Assembly (NCBI RefSeq): GCF_041956535.1
Contig: NW_027192195.1
Span: 536,150 to 600,149 of the forward strand
Origin: Calcarisporiella thermophila CBS 279.70
Taxonomy: Eukaryota > Fungi > Calcarisporiellomycota
DNA length: 64,000 nucleotides
Direction of reading: 5' to 3'
Below, piece after piece: positions 13,830-25,873 of this stretch. Positions within the stretch are counted from its first letter, which is position 1. Each line of letters opens with the position of its first letter. The notes under the pieces are model-generated. The model was not told the DNA's origin. It saw only the letters and a program-made list of their open reading frames with translations, and ran no database searches. The translations under genes and the position numbers were made by a program.

Positions 13830-15007
13830 ATGACCGGGACAACCATGTCTGTTGAGGAGCTCGTGCAAGGCCGCATTACCGATGCGATGCTTGGTGAGTG
13901 TTAAACATTACAGATATCGCCTAGCCCCCCCTCCTCCCTCCAATTGATTACACTTTATAACTTCACAGCCCATGTCACTACGAGAGCCGCGCAAGTCATT
14001 GCTTGTCCCCCGGACAATGCCAGAGAAGCCAGCCATTACTCCCCCAGCTTGCTGCTGATTCCCCCTCTCAGCGTATTTATTCGGAAAGTCAGCCAGTGCG
14101 ACCAAGTGACGGTCGCATCCTTCCTCTCCACCCTGGTCCTCCTTGAGCGGCTGCGGCAAAAACTGCCCTCTGCCGCCAAGGGGCTGAAGTGCACGTGCCA
14201 CAGGATATTTCTGGCCACGCTTATCGTAACGATGAAATGCCTGAACGACACGGCCCCGCGCAATAAATATTGGGCGAGATGTTTCCCCTATTTCTCGCTG
14301 AGTGAAATCAACTTGATGGAAAGGCAACTGCTTTGTTTACTGGTGTGTTTTTTCGAAAGCCAAGATACTTCTTTTGAGTTGTTTACTAACTGCAAGGAAT
14401 CCTCATCTAGGGATATGAGCTTATTATCTCGCAGGACGACCTCGAGGCATGCCTCCGGCCCTTGCTCCGCTTGCCAACCCTCACCGAGGCACCCTCAAAG
14501 CCGATGACTATCCCAAATGGCGTGCCCATCAAATCTCTGGCCCCCCACACCGTCCAGCTGCCGTCCATCTCTAGAGTTCATACCACCCCCCTTCCTCGTC
14601 CGCTCTCGATTCTTCAACACTTTTGCCGCAAATCGCACGAAGATCTCTGTCCACGCGAGTATAAACACTACACTCACGCCGACAGACTCTCTTTCCCCCC
14701 GTTTCCCCCTCAGCCACCGCTCCTTAGCAACGCTACATTAGCTCCAATCTCCCCGAGCAAAGTTCGGTCTAGAACCAGTGGGGGGGAACTGCACGAGGAA
14801 GAGTGGCAAGAGGTGGACTTGCTGACGCCCGAAGATTCCCCCGTTATCATCTCCTACGCCGAGACCAAGGACGCGGGCGCCTTAGCTTCGAAAGAGCCCT
14901 CCGCTAGATATGCGAGATGGCAGAGTTGGCGGCGGCTCAATCTGCCCTCCAAGTATCGCTTGGTGGAGCGGCCCCCTTCGCCCCTGTCCTGTGTTCTAAA
15001 AATTTGA
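13830..15007 (+). CDS. Pho85-type cyclin (Pcl1/2-like)
   Basis: Cyclin box PPLSVFI...STLVLLERLRQKLP..AKGLKCTCHRIFLATLI..KCLNDTAPRNKYW...FSLSEINLMERQLL, followed by a Pro/Ser-rich tail. Confidence 0.85.
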
Positions 15008-15533
15008 TTTGAACCCCACCAGACCTGTACTTAAACTCCCTCTATTGTATCTATTTGCTCTTTTGCCTGCCTTTAACATTGTTTACTGTTGTTTTTTTTT
15101 TCTCTTCACGTCCTATATCTGATGGTGCGGAGCTCTTTTCCGCTCGCCTCCCCCCCCTCCCCCGTACCTGTCTCTAATGTGTCTTTCTTTTACTGTATGT
15201 ACCTTTCCTATTGGATCCTTTGTATATTGTTTACGCATCAATCAAGCTTGATATTTTATTTCCGAAGAAGCTCATCTATCTCAATCCGTAACCAAACAAG
15301 TGTTTTATGTATGAATGTGTATGTATATATATATATTTATATACTACTCCTTTATTTCTCACAAACAAAACATTTTAGGGAATTATTTATGCCACCCTTG
15401 TCCATTATTAGGGGGAAAAAAGTATGTGTTGTAAAAATAAAAAATAGAACCAATAAAATATTCAAAAGAGTCGCATTAAACTATATAATGCCTCCCACCA
15501 AAGCAGCCTTTTTTTTTCCTTTCTTTCCAATTT

Positions 15534-18500
15534 TTAGATCTTGGCCGACGTGTTCTTCACACCGACTGGCACACTGCCACCGCTCGCAGATCCTTCGGGA
15601 ACTTGGTTACCACGCTTCAAAAACTCGAGATCGAGATAGGGGCGCAGGGTTTCTTCGTAGCCGTCGAATGGATCGGTGCGGTTCAGGCGGCTCTTGGCGG
15701 CGGCCTCGTAGAGAGCCTCATAGACGTTTCCGTCATATCGCCCGATGGTCGAATTGAGCACATTGTCGGGGAAATCGAAAGCGTCCACCAGCGGGACTGC
15801 ATCGGGGCGCATGTCATTCATCAAGCGTTTTGCCGCGGCCTTCACCAGCTGCGTCTGCGTGGCGTCAAGGAGACCCGTCCACAGGGAATCCTCCAGGATG
15901 TGGGACACGGCAAAGAAGCCGCACACCCGCGTGAGGACGGCACGGATGCGAACGTCACTGATTCCATTGATCGTGGTCACGAAGTTGTTCAGGAAGAAGA
16001 AGTAGGTGTGGCTTCTCACCGCCGCCACCATCTGGATCGCGTTTTCGTTGATCGCCTCGTACAGCTGGCCCTTGGACTCCTCCATGGTGGCCTGGAATCG
16101 TTCGGCCGCCTCGCGTATCTGTGACAGGGCGCCGTACTCAAACAGATCCTGCAGGTAGGCAAGATCCATGAACGCCTCTGGTTTGGTCGCGGGTTGGGGC
16201 GCATCCCTACCAATGTTCGCAATATATGCGGCAACCCCACCGACCTTTCCGCCCTGCAAGACCTTTCCGACCGACTGGATAAGGAAGCGGGCGGTCTGGA
16301 GCATCAGGATAATCCAGTCACCCTCGGCTGTGATTTGCCAGACGTAGTCGGCCGCGAGAGGCGCAATACCACTGTCCATCAGATAGCCATTGCCACCGCA
16401 GCACTTGCGCACATCCTCAATTCCTTGCCATGCCAGATAGGTGCAGAGAGCCTTCAGTCCAGATGAGGTCGCGGCAAGCTCCGGAAGCGCTTCCAAATTG
16501 CGCTCGTTACCGGCCTCCATACCCGCCATGACCTGCATCATCCAGCCGCCGGTGAATTTCATCGCATAGCAGAGCGCAAGCTGCTTAAAGAGACGGAACC
16601 GCTGCACCTGGTAGTCGATGACCTTCATTTCCCGATCCTTGTAACTGCGATTTCCGCGGCCTACCAAGAGCAACTCCGGATATTAGGGCGCGGGCTCCAT
16701 CCGCCAAAAGCATATACATTCACTTACCGGGCTCGGCGTATCCCTGGGTTCTGACGGCAGAATAACGCACCGCAATCGTGACACACTTCGCCAAGTGCCC
16801 ACTAGCAGACTTGACCATCGAGGCTCGGGTTGTGATCATGGTCGCGTAGTGGACCTGGGCATTTTGCTTCTTCGCTGGATGCACGATGTATTTGCCCTCG
16901 GGCGTTACCTCCTGATACCTCGCGAGCAAGAACATGCGTGGGATGCGCACGTCCTTCATCACCATATAACCCGTGTCATTGGCATGGTCGCCGAGCTTCG
17001 GTCCGAGATCGCCCAGCTCAATCCCGGGGAGAGGACGGTGCTGCTCATCGCGGATCTGCACGATGAACGGGTGGACACCATACTCCTTCCCATCGATGAT
17101 AAGCTGTGCGTAGACAGCGGCATGGGTGGCCACTTTGCCAAGGGTGCCCGGCCACCACTTAATCGCTCGCAGCGTGGGGGTGTTCACGATGAATTCCTGC
17201 GTCGACTTGTCGTACACGGCCGTGGTCATCAACCCACGGACATTCGACCCATGCCCAAGTTCGGTTTGAGCATAGGATCCGACGATCTTCATCTCGCGGG
17301 CCCGTTGCAAGAACCACTTCTTTTGCTCGTCGTTCCCCATGGTTTCGATGGTGTACAAAAAGAGGCCGTAGTGGTTCATCAGTGTTCCCTGGAAGAGGGA
17401 GGCCTCGGACATCCACGCAATTTCCTCGCGAGTCGGCTTGAAAGACTCCCAGAACATTTCATGCACCTTGATGAAGTGGCGAATGTGCTCGGCAATCAGG
17501 GTCTCACGGTCGTGGTCATGCTTCCCCGCCGCGGTACTGTTCTTGATGGGGCTAAGGATGAAGCGGCGGCGTTTCGTTTTTTCCGGGCCCCCGTCGAGGA
17601 TGTTGGTCAATTTCTCAACCTCGAAGGTGGCGCCCTCGCGCTCCTTCTTCAAAACGCTCGCGGTACCACCTGAGGTGAGGGATTCGGTGTCTGAGGGGGT
17701 CATCGTCATTATCGTCGGGCCACGACGCTCCACTTGACCTCCCTTGGGGTTCGTGGGATGGGGCCACCCTTGTTTCTGCGGTTGACCACCCTTCTCCCCC
17801 GAGGCGCCTCCCTGTCCAAGCGTACCTATGATGGACTCGGGTGCGTATTTTTCAATCACATCTGGCTTATGCAGCATGTTGAACTCTTCAGACGCATCAC
17901 GGCCCGCGTAGATCATGATCGCACGCTTACCGCCGGGGTGATCGGGCAGAAACTTGGTCACATCGAGCACTTTTCCATTGATAATCACCCAGCAGTCATC
18001 TTCAGAGGTGTGCTTGGCCACTTCTTCCGCGGTGATCGGGCGATTTTGATCCTGGCGTTGCTCTGCAGCTGGGGGCGAGCCAGCGCCGGTGGAGGAACCC
18101 TCAGCCGAACTTGGCGTGCTCTGCGCTGGATGATATTGCTGCTGCTGTGGCGGCGCGCCCGTAACAATGGTTTGTTGAGTCGGATTAGAGGCGTCATTCC
18201 AGGTGACCTCCATGTGCACGCGACGCGACTGGGGATCGATATGCACTCGAGTTTCTGCTCCTCCCGAAACAGAGGCGGAAAGAGGGGCATTGCCTCCCAT
18301 CTGCTGTGCGATGTTGGCCAAACGCTGTTGCGCCGACTGGCCCCCCACGGCAGCCGCTCCCTGTCCCGACACCAGACGGCTCATCAAATAGCGCGAGGCT
18401 GAATTGCCAGCAACACGGCCGAACACCACACAGCCCAGCAGGGACGACCCACCTAGACGATTGGCGCCATGGACCCCGCCGGCCATCTCACCGCACGCAT

Positions 18501-19874
18501 ACAAGCCTGGGATCGATTTGCCGGTGGTGTCCACGATCTCCGCATTTGGCGTGATCTCCACTCCGCCCATTGTGTAGTGCAACACCGGTTGCATAAGGGC
18601 GACATGGAAGTCATCCTGCATGGAGATTGGCACATTATGGAAGTACTTCTTGCCCCAGGGGTCCTTTTTCTCGCCACGCGCAATGGCGTTATATTCGTCG
18701 AAGGTCCGCTTCAACTGCTCTGGAGGGACGCCGATCTCCTTCGCCAGCTCCTCCCCGTTTGCGAAGCGGCGCATAAGTCCACGCCCTACGTAATGCTTGC
18801 AATGCCACTCGATCTCCTTGGCGGCAGCCGTGTTCAGCACCAGGCGGATGGGGAACTTGTTCTTCCACATCATGCCGGTGACGTAGTCACGGTGGCCAAG
18901 CTCGTCGCAGAAACGCTCGCCGTTGGCGTTGAGTAGAAGGCCGCCGCATCCACGCAGAGCCTCAGCCGCCAAAAACTTGACTTTGGCGTCGGGCTCTTTG
19001 GGGTCGATCAATCCAGTGGGATGCACTTGTACTTTTTCCAGGTGGGTGGCCTTGCCTCCGATGGCCATCGACATCTTGATGCCGTCGCCTGTGCAGTGGT
19101 CTCCGTTGGTGGTGGAGAGATCGTAGAGCTCGGGGCGGTACTGCTTCAGGAGAGAAGACTCCGAGAAGTCCGCCGCATAGCCTCCCGTGGCCAGAATCAC
19201 TGGACCAGGCTCAGTGTGGGTTTCGCCGAGCGAGTTGTCCTTGTTCACGACTCGGTACTCCACGCCCGTCACGTTGCCTTGATTGTCCTTGATTAGACGC
19301 GTCACGCGGGCACGCTTAATGATTTTGACACGATGGGGCATTGCCTGGGCAGCGTCTTCTAGTGCCTCCATAAGAGCGTATGTGATTGTCATGCCAGGGA
19401 ATTTCTCCTTTCCACGATGTGTGCGGGGTTGGGAGTGGCCCCCGAGACGCGAGACCAGCGACAGATCTAGGTTGAACTTGGTTTGTAGCCACTCGACGGC
19501 CGACGCAGAATTACCCGTCAATACGCGAGCAAGCTCGGGCACAAGCAGATCACGGGCAGAGTGCGCTGTGTCCTGGTAAAAGAGCTCGTCAGAGTCTGGG
19601 ATGCCGAGGGCTGGTTTGGGCAATGAAAATCATTATCCGATGGGACCATTAGCTCTCAAGTGATCTCGATCAAGAATCCGCCGGGGCACTACTTACCAAC
19701 TTGGGTCTTTGTCAACGCGCCGTTGATGCCGGACGTGGCTTTAGTGGAGTTGCCTCCGAAGAAGGGATTTTTATCTAGGACGAGGACATTCCCGCCATGC
19801 TCAAGAATAGTGTGTGCGGCGGAAAGGCCCGCCAGCCCACCACCAACAACGATAATCTGATTTGGGAGAGACAT
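15534..19874 (-). CDS. Trimodular fusion: soluble FAD fumarate reductase (Osm1/Frd1-like) + cytochrome b5 + acyl-CoA oxidase-family domain, with PTS1-like C-terminus (~1395 aa)
   Basis: Exons 19874-19697, 19610-16728 and 16660-15534 are joined in frame by phase-1 GT-AG introns. Fumarate reductase: GGGLAG, GGNSTKATSG, VQVHPTG, AEALRG, LHYTMGG, HGANRLGGSSL. Cytochrome b5: HTSEDDCWV, FLPDHPGG, FNMLH. Acyl-CoA oxidase: AQTELGHGSNV, KWWPGTLG, IAVRYSAVRTQ, RKCCGGNGY, TAEGD, NSTIGRYDGNVY. Ends SAKI*. Confidence 0.92.
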
Positions 19875-20438
19875 GGCGCCCCTGGATTAGCAATTTCAGC
19901 GGAGGGGGTTACTAATTAGAAGTGAGAAAGGCGAAGGTGGGGAAAACCAAAAAGATGATGATGGAGAGTAAGCAATTGGAGGAAAGAGAAGGGGCACTAA
20001 GACAGGGAGGTAAAAAGAAGGACGACGAGCGAAACAAAAAATTTCAAAGCGGAGTATTAGCACATGATTTGAAATTTAATTTTGCCTCTTTCTTCCTGAG
20101 GCCTGAGCAAGTGACACATATTTCCCCGCACCTTGGCTTATTGCCCGCAACCGGTGGCTTGCGCCGGGCGAGCGGGTGTTCTCTCGGGCTCCAAGGCCCG
20201 CAAATTAGGCGTGCAGTGCCAACCATAGATAAGATAAATAAGCTTCCCGCGTATATATCATATGAAAAGGCGAAAATAAGCTCCAGCACCCATCTAAGCA
20301 TACAAAATAAAGCACAGCAGCAGCAAGGCCTTGCCGCTGAAAAGAAGCAAGCGGCCCAGGCCATGGGAGGAGACGGAGCGTGCGTGGCAACTCTAAATCA
20401 ATCCTTGAATGACAAATGCCGGAACAACATTCCCGCCA

Positions 20439-21422
20439 CTATTCCTTTTTCAGCCCGCACGGCGTCCCCTCCTCCTTCGCCGCCGTCGTCCGCGGCCGCG
20501 CAACCACCATCAGCGTTGTTCCAAAGTGCCAGCGACTCACACTTAGAACCTCCAGCTCCCGCTGCACTCGCTCCTCTTCCAGCAGTCGCGCCAAGTCCCG
20601 GTTCCACCAGCACCCCCATCGCTTAGCGTGTTTCTCCGCCCCCCGGTCCAGCACCCCATTCAGCCAGGGCAGCCATCCACGGCCATGTTCCAGCAACAAA
20701 ACCCTGGACTCTTCACTCGGTCGACACAGCCGCGACATCCGTATGAGCGCTGCGCCTGGATCCCGGCACGAACACAGCCCAAACGTGTCCACTACGGTGT
20801 CAAACTGGCCCTCAAGGGAAGCGGGGGTTTCAAGGTCGAGATCAAGGGGAAAGACCGCGCTCTTCGCTACGCCGCCCTTTGATTTGGCCAATTTCTCGCG
20901 AGCAATCTCCAGCATTGTTGGGCTACGGTCCGTAAGTGAAAGCGAGGAAATGCTGGAAGTGTAGTGGCGAAGATTACGCGCGGTCCCTGCTGATACCTCT
21001 AGCACATCTCCCTATTGACATCACAAAGAGTGTATTAACATCGAGCTCTTGGGAAATAGGTGACCTGGCCTATTCACCTTCGCCTTCCGCATTAACCACC
21101 ATCTCAAGATCCCAATGCCCATTACGAATTCGTCATTTCCAATATCCCGATCGTATGATGTTGCAATATGATCCCACACTTCGCCCGCCTCATGTTCATC
21201 CTTTTCTAGCCCTCGCTCGGAGGAGCCCTGCTGAGAGCGCACATACGCATAAGTCGCTAGCGTCGCACATGCGTAGAGAGAGGCTCCAAAGAAAATGGCA
21301 CCCTTATGACGACGAAAGAACGAAGCATTTGAGGAACTTTTCGGCGGAGGTGAATACGAAGGCAGCGTGGGCGACGGTCGTGGCCGCGTCTGGCGCACAG
21401 GTCGCCGAAATTTCTCTGTCAT
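20439..21422 (-). CDS. SAM-dependent methyltransferase, OMS1-like (mitochondrial inner membrane)
   Basis: N-terminal basic leader and a single TM, then LEVSAGTARN, FDTVVDTFGLCS, LLLEHGRG and WGCWWNRD; one intron near 21016-21076. Confidence 0.8.
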
Positions 21423-21821
21423 GTCCCTGGGCTATTGTGTACTCTTACTGTTTGTTCTAAATTAAATATAAGGCGCAGCCAATTAATGTTTGTCGCCATT
21501 GAAAACATGATGATTCCCTTTGTACACTCTCGACCTTAAAACCTCGCTTTTTATATTCATACCCAACCTTTGCTGCTTTATTTTATTCAATTGGCAGCAA
21601 TATCCTCTCTATTACCTCTATCTTTTATTCCACACCACTAGACGCCCTGTCCCCTGATTTTACCCCTTTTTTAATTTGAAATACTTGGGAGGTATGTATG
21701 CTTATTTCATCAAAATTTATTCTTGTTTCTTCCCTTGAGTTCATTTCTTAAATTTGAAATCATCATTCGGGATCCATGTTATTAAATGCAGTTTTTTTCG
21801 ATAAATTCCACAGAAATAAAC

Positions 21822-23657
21822 ATGTCAGTCCATTTCTCCGATCGCTTGTTTTTTGAAGTGGGGCACGGTATTAGAGAAGAAGAGCTCCAGGAGGTGTTCC
21901 GAAAGAGTGAACCAGTGGAGTAAGTTTGTTGAGTGAATATTGTTAAACGTTTAGAGCAGCTGATTATAATTATGTTACTCCTAAAACAGAATCCAATTCC
22001 ACGAGGGGCGTGGCTATATCCGTTTCTCTTCCGTCGAAAATGGTAATTGCCCTTGTGTTCAGAGGCTATCGGCCCTATATGACTCTTAATGTTCTGTACT
22101 TTGATAGCTCAACGGGCCTATGCGATTTTCAATGGAACTCAGATAGAGCCTTACCCTACTGCGGTTCGACTCTCCATAGTCGACCCTACCACTGGCTCAG
22201 CCGATCCCCAGCCAAGCACTAATCCTCTTTTTGTCAAACTTCTTCCGGCCCACACCGACGCTTTCCATCTCTATGAATTGGCCCGCCCCTATGGTATACT
22301 AGCCATGTGTCGTCTCGTAATGGACCATGGTATATTTAAAGGGCAAGCGGTGCTGCAGTATTTCGATCAGGCTGAATCCGACGAGGCTATGGCGGACTTG
22401 CACTGCAAAGAGGTGGATGGCAAAACGATTGCTGTTACGCGGTACATAATGCAGAGGGGGCGCCCGTTGCCTGCTCACATAGTCAGGGTGCAGCCTACTA
22501 CCCCTCCCAGGAAAACGGTCCATCAACAGCCCACCCCAGCCAGTAGCCCCCTTACGGCAACCCCCTCCTCCCCAGCTGACTCCCCCTCAATCGCCTCCTC
22601 GGCCATCAGTTCCCCGGATTCGCCCGTCATCGACCCCACCAACCTCTACGTGAAGAATCTGGATCTGCGCATCACCAGCGTCGACCTCTTCAACGCGTTC
22701 CGCCGCTTCGGCCGAATCATCAGCGCACGCGTGATGACCCATCCAACCACCAATCAATCGCGCGGTTTCGGATTCGTGAGCTTTAGCACGGCGGAGGAAG
22801 CCTCTCGTGCCCTACAAACCATGAACGGAAAAGAGATCTTGGCAAAGCCCATCGTGGTCGCCTATCACGAACCGAAAAAATTGCGCGAAGCAAAACTTGC
22901 GGCTCTGCACGCGGGACAGCCGGCCCCTGCCGTAGTGTTCAACCCCCAACGAGAGCAAGTCAACCAAGAACGGGGACAGGCTGGGGATAACAAGGCGTCC
23001 GGAAGCGAGAGCATCACGCCGCCACTGCTCTCGCCCTCTTCCGACCACCTTGCAGTGCCAGGCACCATTCCGAAACGCTCTCTTCGCCGTCGTGGTTCGA
23101 TAGAATCCATCTCATCTGTGATGACGGAGCGCACCCGTCGTGATCAGCGCGAGAAAATGAGGGAGGCCGTTCGCCGTGTCACCCATGAATACGTCGACGA
23201 TATCGTGGACCTTCTGCTCACGCTGAAGCGCAAAGAACGCTCCCTTTGCTTATTCAACCCCGACTATCTGAAGTCCAAAGTTCGCGCTGCACGAGATGCC
23301 CTTGAGATTGTTGGAGAAGAATCGGAAGGGGAATCGGAAGCGGTGGAGAAGATGAAGCAGTTGAAACTTGAAGAGAAAACCGGCAGCAAAGACGCGACTA
23401 CAGACGCCGGCCACCTGACTGAGACAGAGCAGTTCCTCGCCACCATTTCGCATTTGAGCGAAAACGAGCAAAAAGAGAAGTTGGGTGGTCGGCTATACCC
23501 CGCCGTCAAGGCCACGGGCGTTAAGCGCGCCAATAAAGTGACCATTCAACTGCTTGACACGGAGGATCTCCACGAGCTAGCAAAGGCAGTGCACTACCCC
23601 GAACATTTACAAATCTTGGTGGATCGCGCCTGTGCCACTTTGGCTTCCGCCAAATAA
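21822..23657 (+). CDS. rrm4: Rrm4-like RNA-binding protein (3 RRM + 2 MLLE domains), endosomal mRNA transport
   Basis: RRM3 IDPTNLYVKNLD...DLFNAFRRFGRIISARVM...SRGFGFVSF...HEPKKLRE and the MLLE segments LLLTLKRKERSLCLFNPDYLKSKV and EQKEKLGGRLY...GVKRANKVTIQLLDTEDL closely parallel Ustilago Rrm4. A degenerate RRM1 is encoded by the short 5' exons. Confidence 0.8.
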
Positions 23658-24136
23658 GCATCGAAACCCTATTGTCGAGACATTTACTTTCTTTCTCACT
23701 GATCCAACCCCCATCCCTCTCATTCCCATACTCCCCTCACCCCCCCCCCCCCTTTTTTTTTTCCCCAATATATACTCGTCAGTTTCTGCTCTTCCTCCCC
23801 CCAAATAGACTGTGCCATTTTTAATATTTTATAAACTCCTTTTTATTATTACACTTTATACTATTCTAGTTTTGAATTTTTTTTATACTGCTCTATTCTC
23901 CCCCTTCATTCCTTTTATGTACTATTCCCTCCCCTCTTATATTATTATTATTATTGTTACTCTTTTATAACAACTATCTATGTTCCCTCTCCCCTCACAA
24001 TAACATATTACTGGTTTCTTCCCTCACAACCATAGTGTAAAAGAGGCTTTGTTTTGTTATTCAACCAATGACTGAAAATAAACACGATTAAATTTTTATT
24101 TTCATAAAGATGATCGCAGCACCACAACAGACAAAC

Positions 24137-24847
24137 TTAGAACACAAGCGCAGCACCCTTGGTCTATCACACAAAAGATGGAGGATGAGTCATTCGGAGG
24201 GACCTTCGCATAAAAAAATCGCAAGCTTACCTTCTTGTCACCGCCAAGTTCGAAGTGCTTGCAGCGCTTGATGGCAATCTGATGCTTGTACTTGCACTGA
24301 GTGCACTCAAGACGCAACACAATCTTCTTGGTGGTCTTGGCCTTCTTGTGGAAGATAGGCTTGGTCTGACCACCATAACCGGACTGCTTGCGGTCATAAC
24401 GACGCTTACCCTGAGCGAAGAGAGAGTCTTTACCCTTCTTGTACTGCGTCACCTTGTGGGGTGTGTGCTTCTTGCACTTCTTTCCAGCGCAGTAGGTGTT
24501 CCGGGTCTTCGGGATATTGACCTGAGTAAAAGAGAGAAAATAGATTATGATTAGTGAGATCGGATATGAATTGAGCGTGCACGAGTGTTATCTCGAGGAG
24601 AAAATAGCTCGAAGAGAGGATGCATAAGAGACGTGGGGGTGAATAAGGGAAGAATGCATATCAAAACAAACGTCACAACAACCCATGGCAAATCCTTCTA
24701 ATCATTTTTTATGATCTGACCATCCCATTCATTCAATCCTCCAGCTGTTGTTTCTTCTACTTAATATGCCTTCTCCTCCTAATCCATCACCACTCCCACT
24801 GCCATCCATCTCTCATCTGCAAGATTAGCGTCTCTTTCACTCACCAT
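24137..24847 (-). CDS. RPL42: 60S ribosomal protein eL42 (L44/L36a)
   Basis: Exon 1 is the ATG alone (24845-24847). Exon 2 reads [11 protein letters not shown]...[32 protein letters not shown]; exon 3 reads TKGAALVF*. Confidence 0.97.
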
Positions 24848-25873
24848 GTTTGATGGATGGATGCAAGCCGCGCCGTAATAAGATTTCAAAAGGAGGAAAG
24901 AACAATAAGAGGGAATTTTTCGCAATTAAAAAACTTCCTGGCTTCTGATGGGTTTCTGAAATATGTGACGACGTTGATTTTGGTTCTCCAGCTAAGCCTA
25001 TCAACTTGGAGTCTCCACCAAATTAGCTGGACCATCAACAGTCCTACATCAGGGCGATGACGTGATACTGTTGAATGAAGGTATCTCCCGCTCTAGAGAA
25101 AACAATGAAAAAATGGTGCTTTTCAACTAGATATGGGAAAACATTGAGAAAAAATAATTAAATCATTATACTGGTCGATAAAGCACCTATTTTTGGAATA
25201 CATTTATCGAAACAATTGAATAGAATAAATGTACATAAAGAATACAAAAAGCCCAAAAATGCACTCTATAAACTACGCAAGGAATAATACACATAAGAGT
25301 GCCAACCCTGCCGCTCCACCGACACTCTACTAGAGGTAAAGGAAACCCCATGAGGTCTGGTTTACTGGGAGGATCTCTTCGCGATTGTATTTGTTATGAA
25401 AGAGCATCATAACTTCTTTTATCGTGTATCTTATCAATTATTCTTATCTCTATCCGTCCGCTGAAACTTCAACCTACCCCTATAGATGTAGCTTTTCCTG
25501 AATTTTCTCCTCGTGTCATTTTAACGTTCTCAACTAGAGCGCCTTCGTTTAAATATCAGTGTTTTATTTTTATAATGGGTTACACTCGAAACTAATACTC
25601 TAGGACATCTTCATCCCAATAAAGTGGGGGTCCAAGAGCATATTCTAGGTGTGCATGCTCATACAACAGAAGGCTTCCCGTAGTTGAATTCAAAGCTGAA
25701 CGAGAAGCAGACGAAGCATATCATCACCAACAGGAAAAGCCCTAGTACCGGCGGTAGAATGGCTGCTAGCGGATCGACGCTCGACTTCGGCGAAGTAGAC
25801 TGAGTGGCATCGCCTTGCGACATATGGGCCGCCGAGGGATTTTCACTGAGTTCGGAGAGCGGAGAAAGGGTAT

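Noticed and set aside
15089-15757. 222-aa plus-strand ORF
   Set aside because: Runs through the convergent 3' UTRs of the cyclin and fusion genes; low-complexity F/Y/I sequence with a non-ATG start.
15534-16727. Reading the 379-aa ORF as a separate gene from the 967-aa ORF
   Set aside because: A 67-nt GTAAGT...CTAAT...TAG intron (16727-16661) joins them in frame in the middle of the acyl-CoA oxidase domain.
16795-18936. Long plus-strand ORFs (292, 222 and 155 aa) opposite the fusion gene
   Set aside because: Antisense shadows of a GC3-rich coding strand; no recognisable motifs.
2252-19874. Possible fatty-acid oxidation gene cluster (carnitine carrier plus the fusion enzyme)
   Set aside because: They are 12 kb apart with five unrelated genes between them; no evidence of clustering.
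19922-20964. Plus-strand ORFs of 234 and 182 aa
   Set aside because: They overlap the fusion-gene promoter and the antisense strand of the methyltransferase; no family features.
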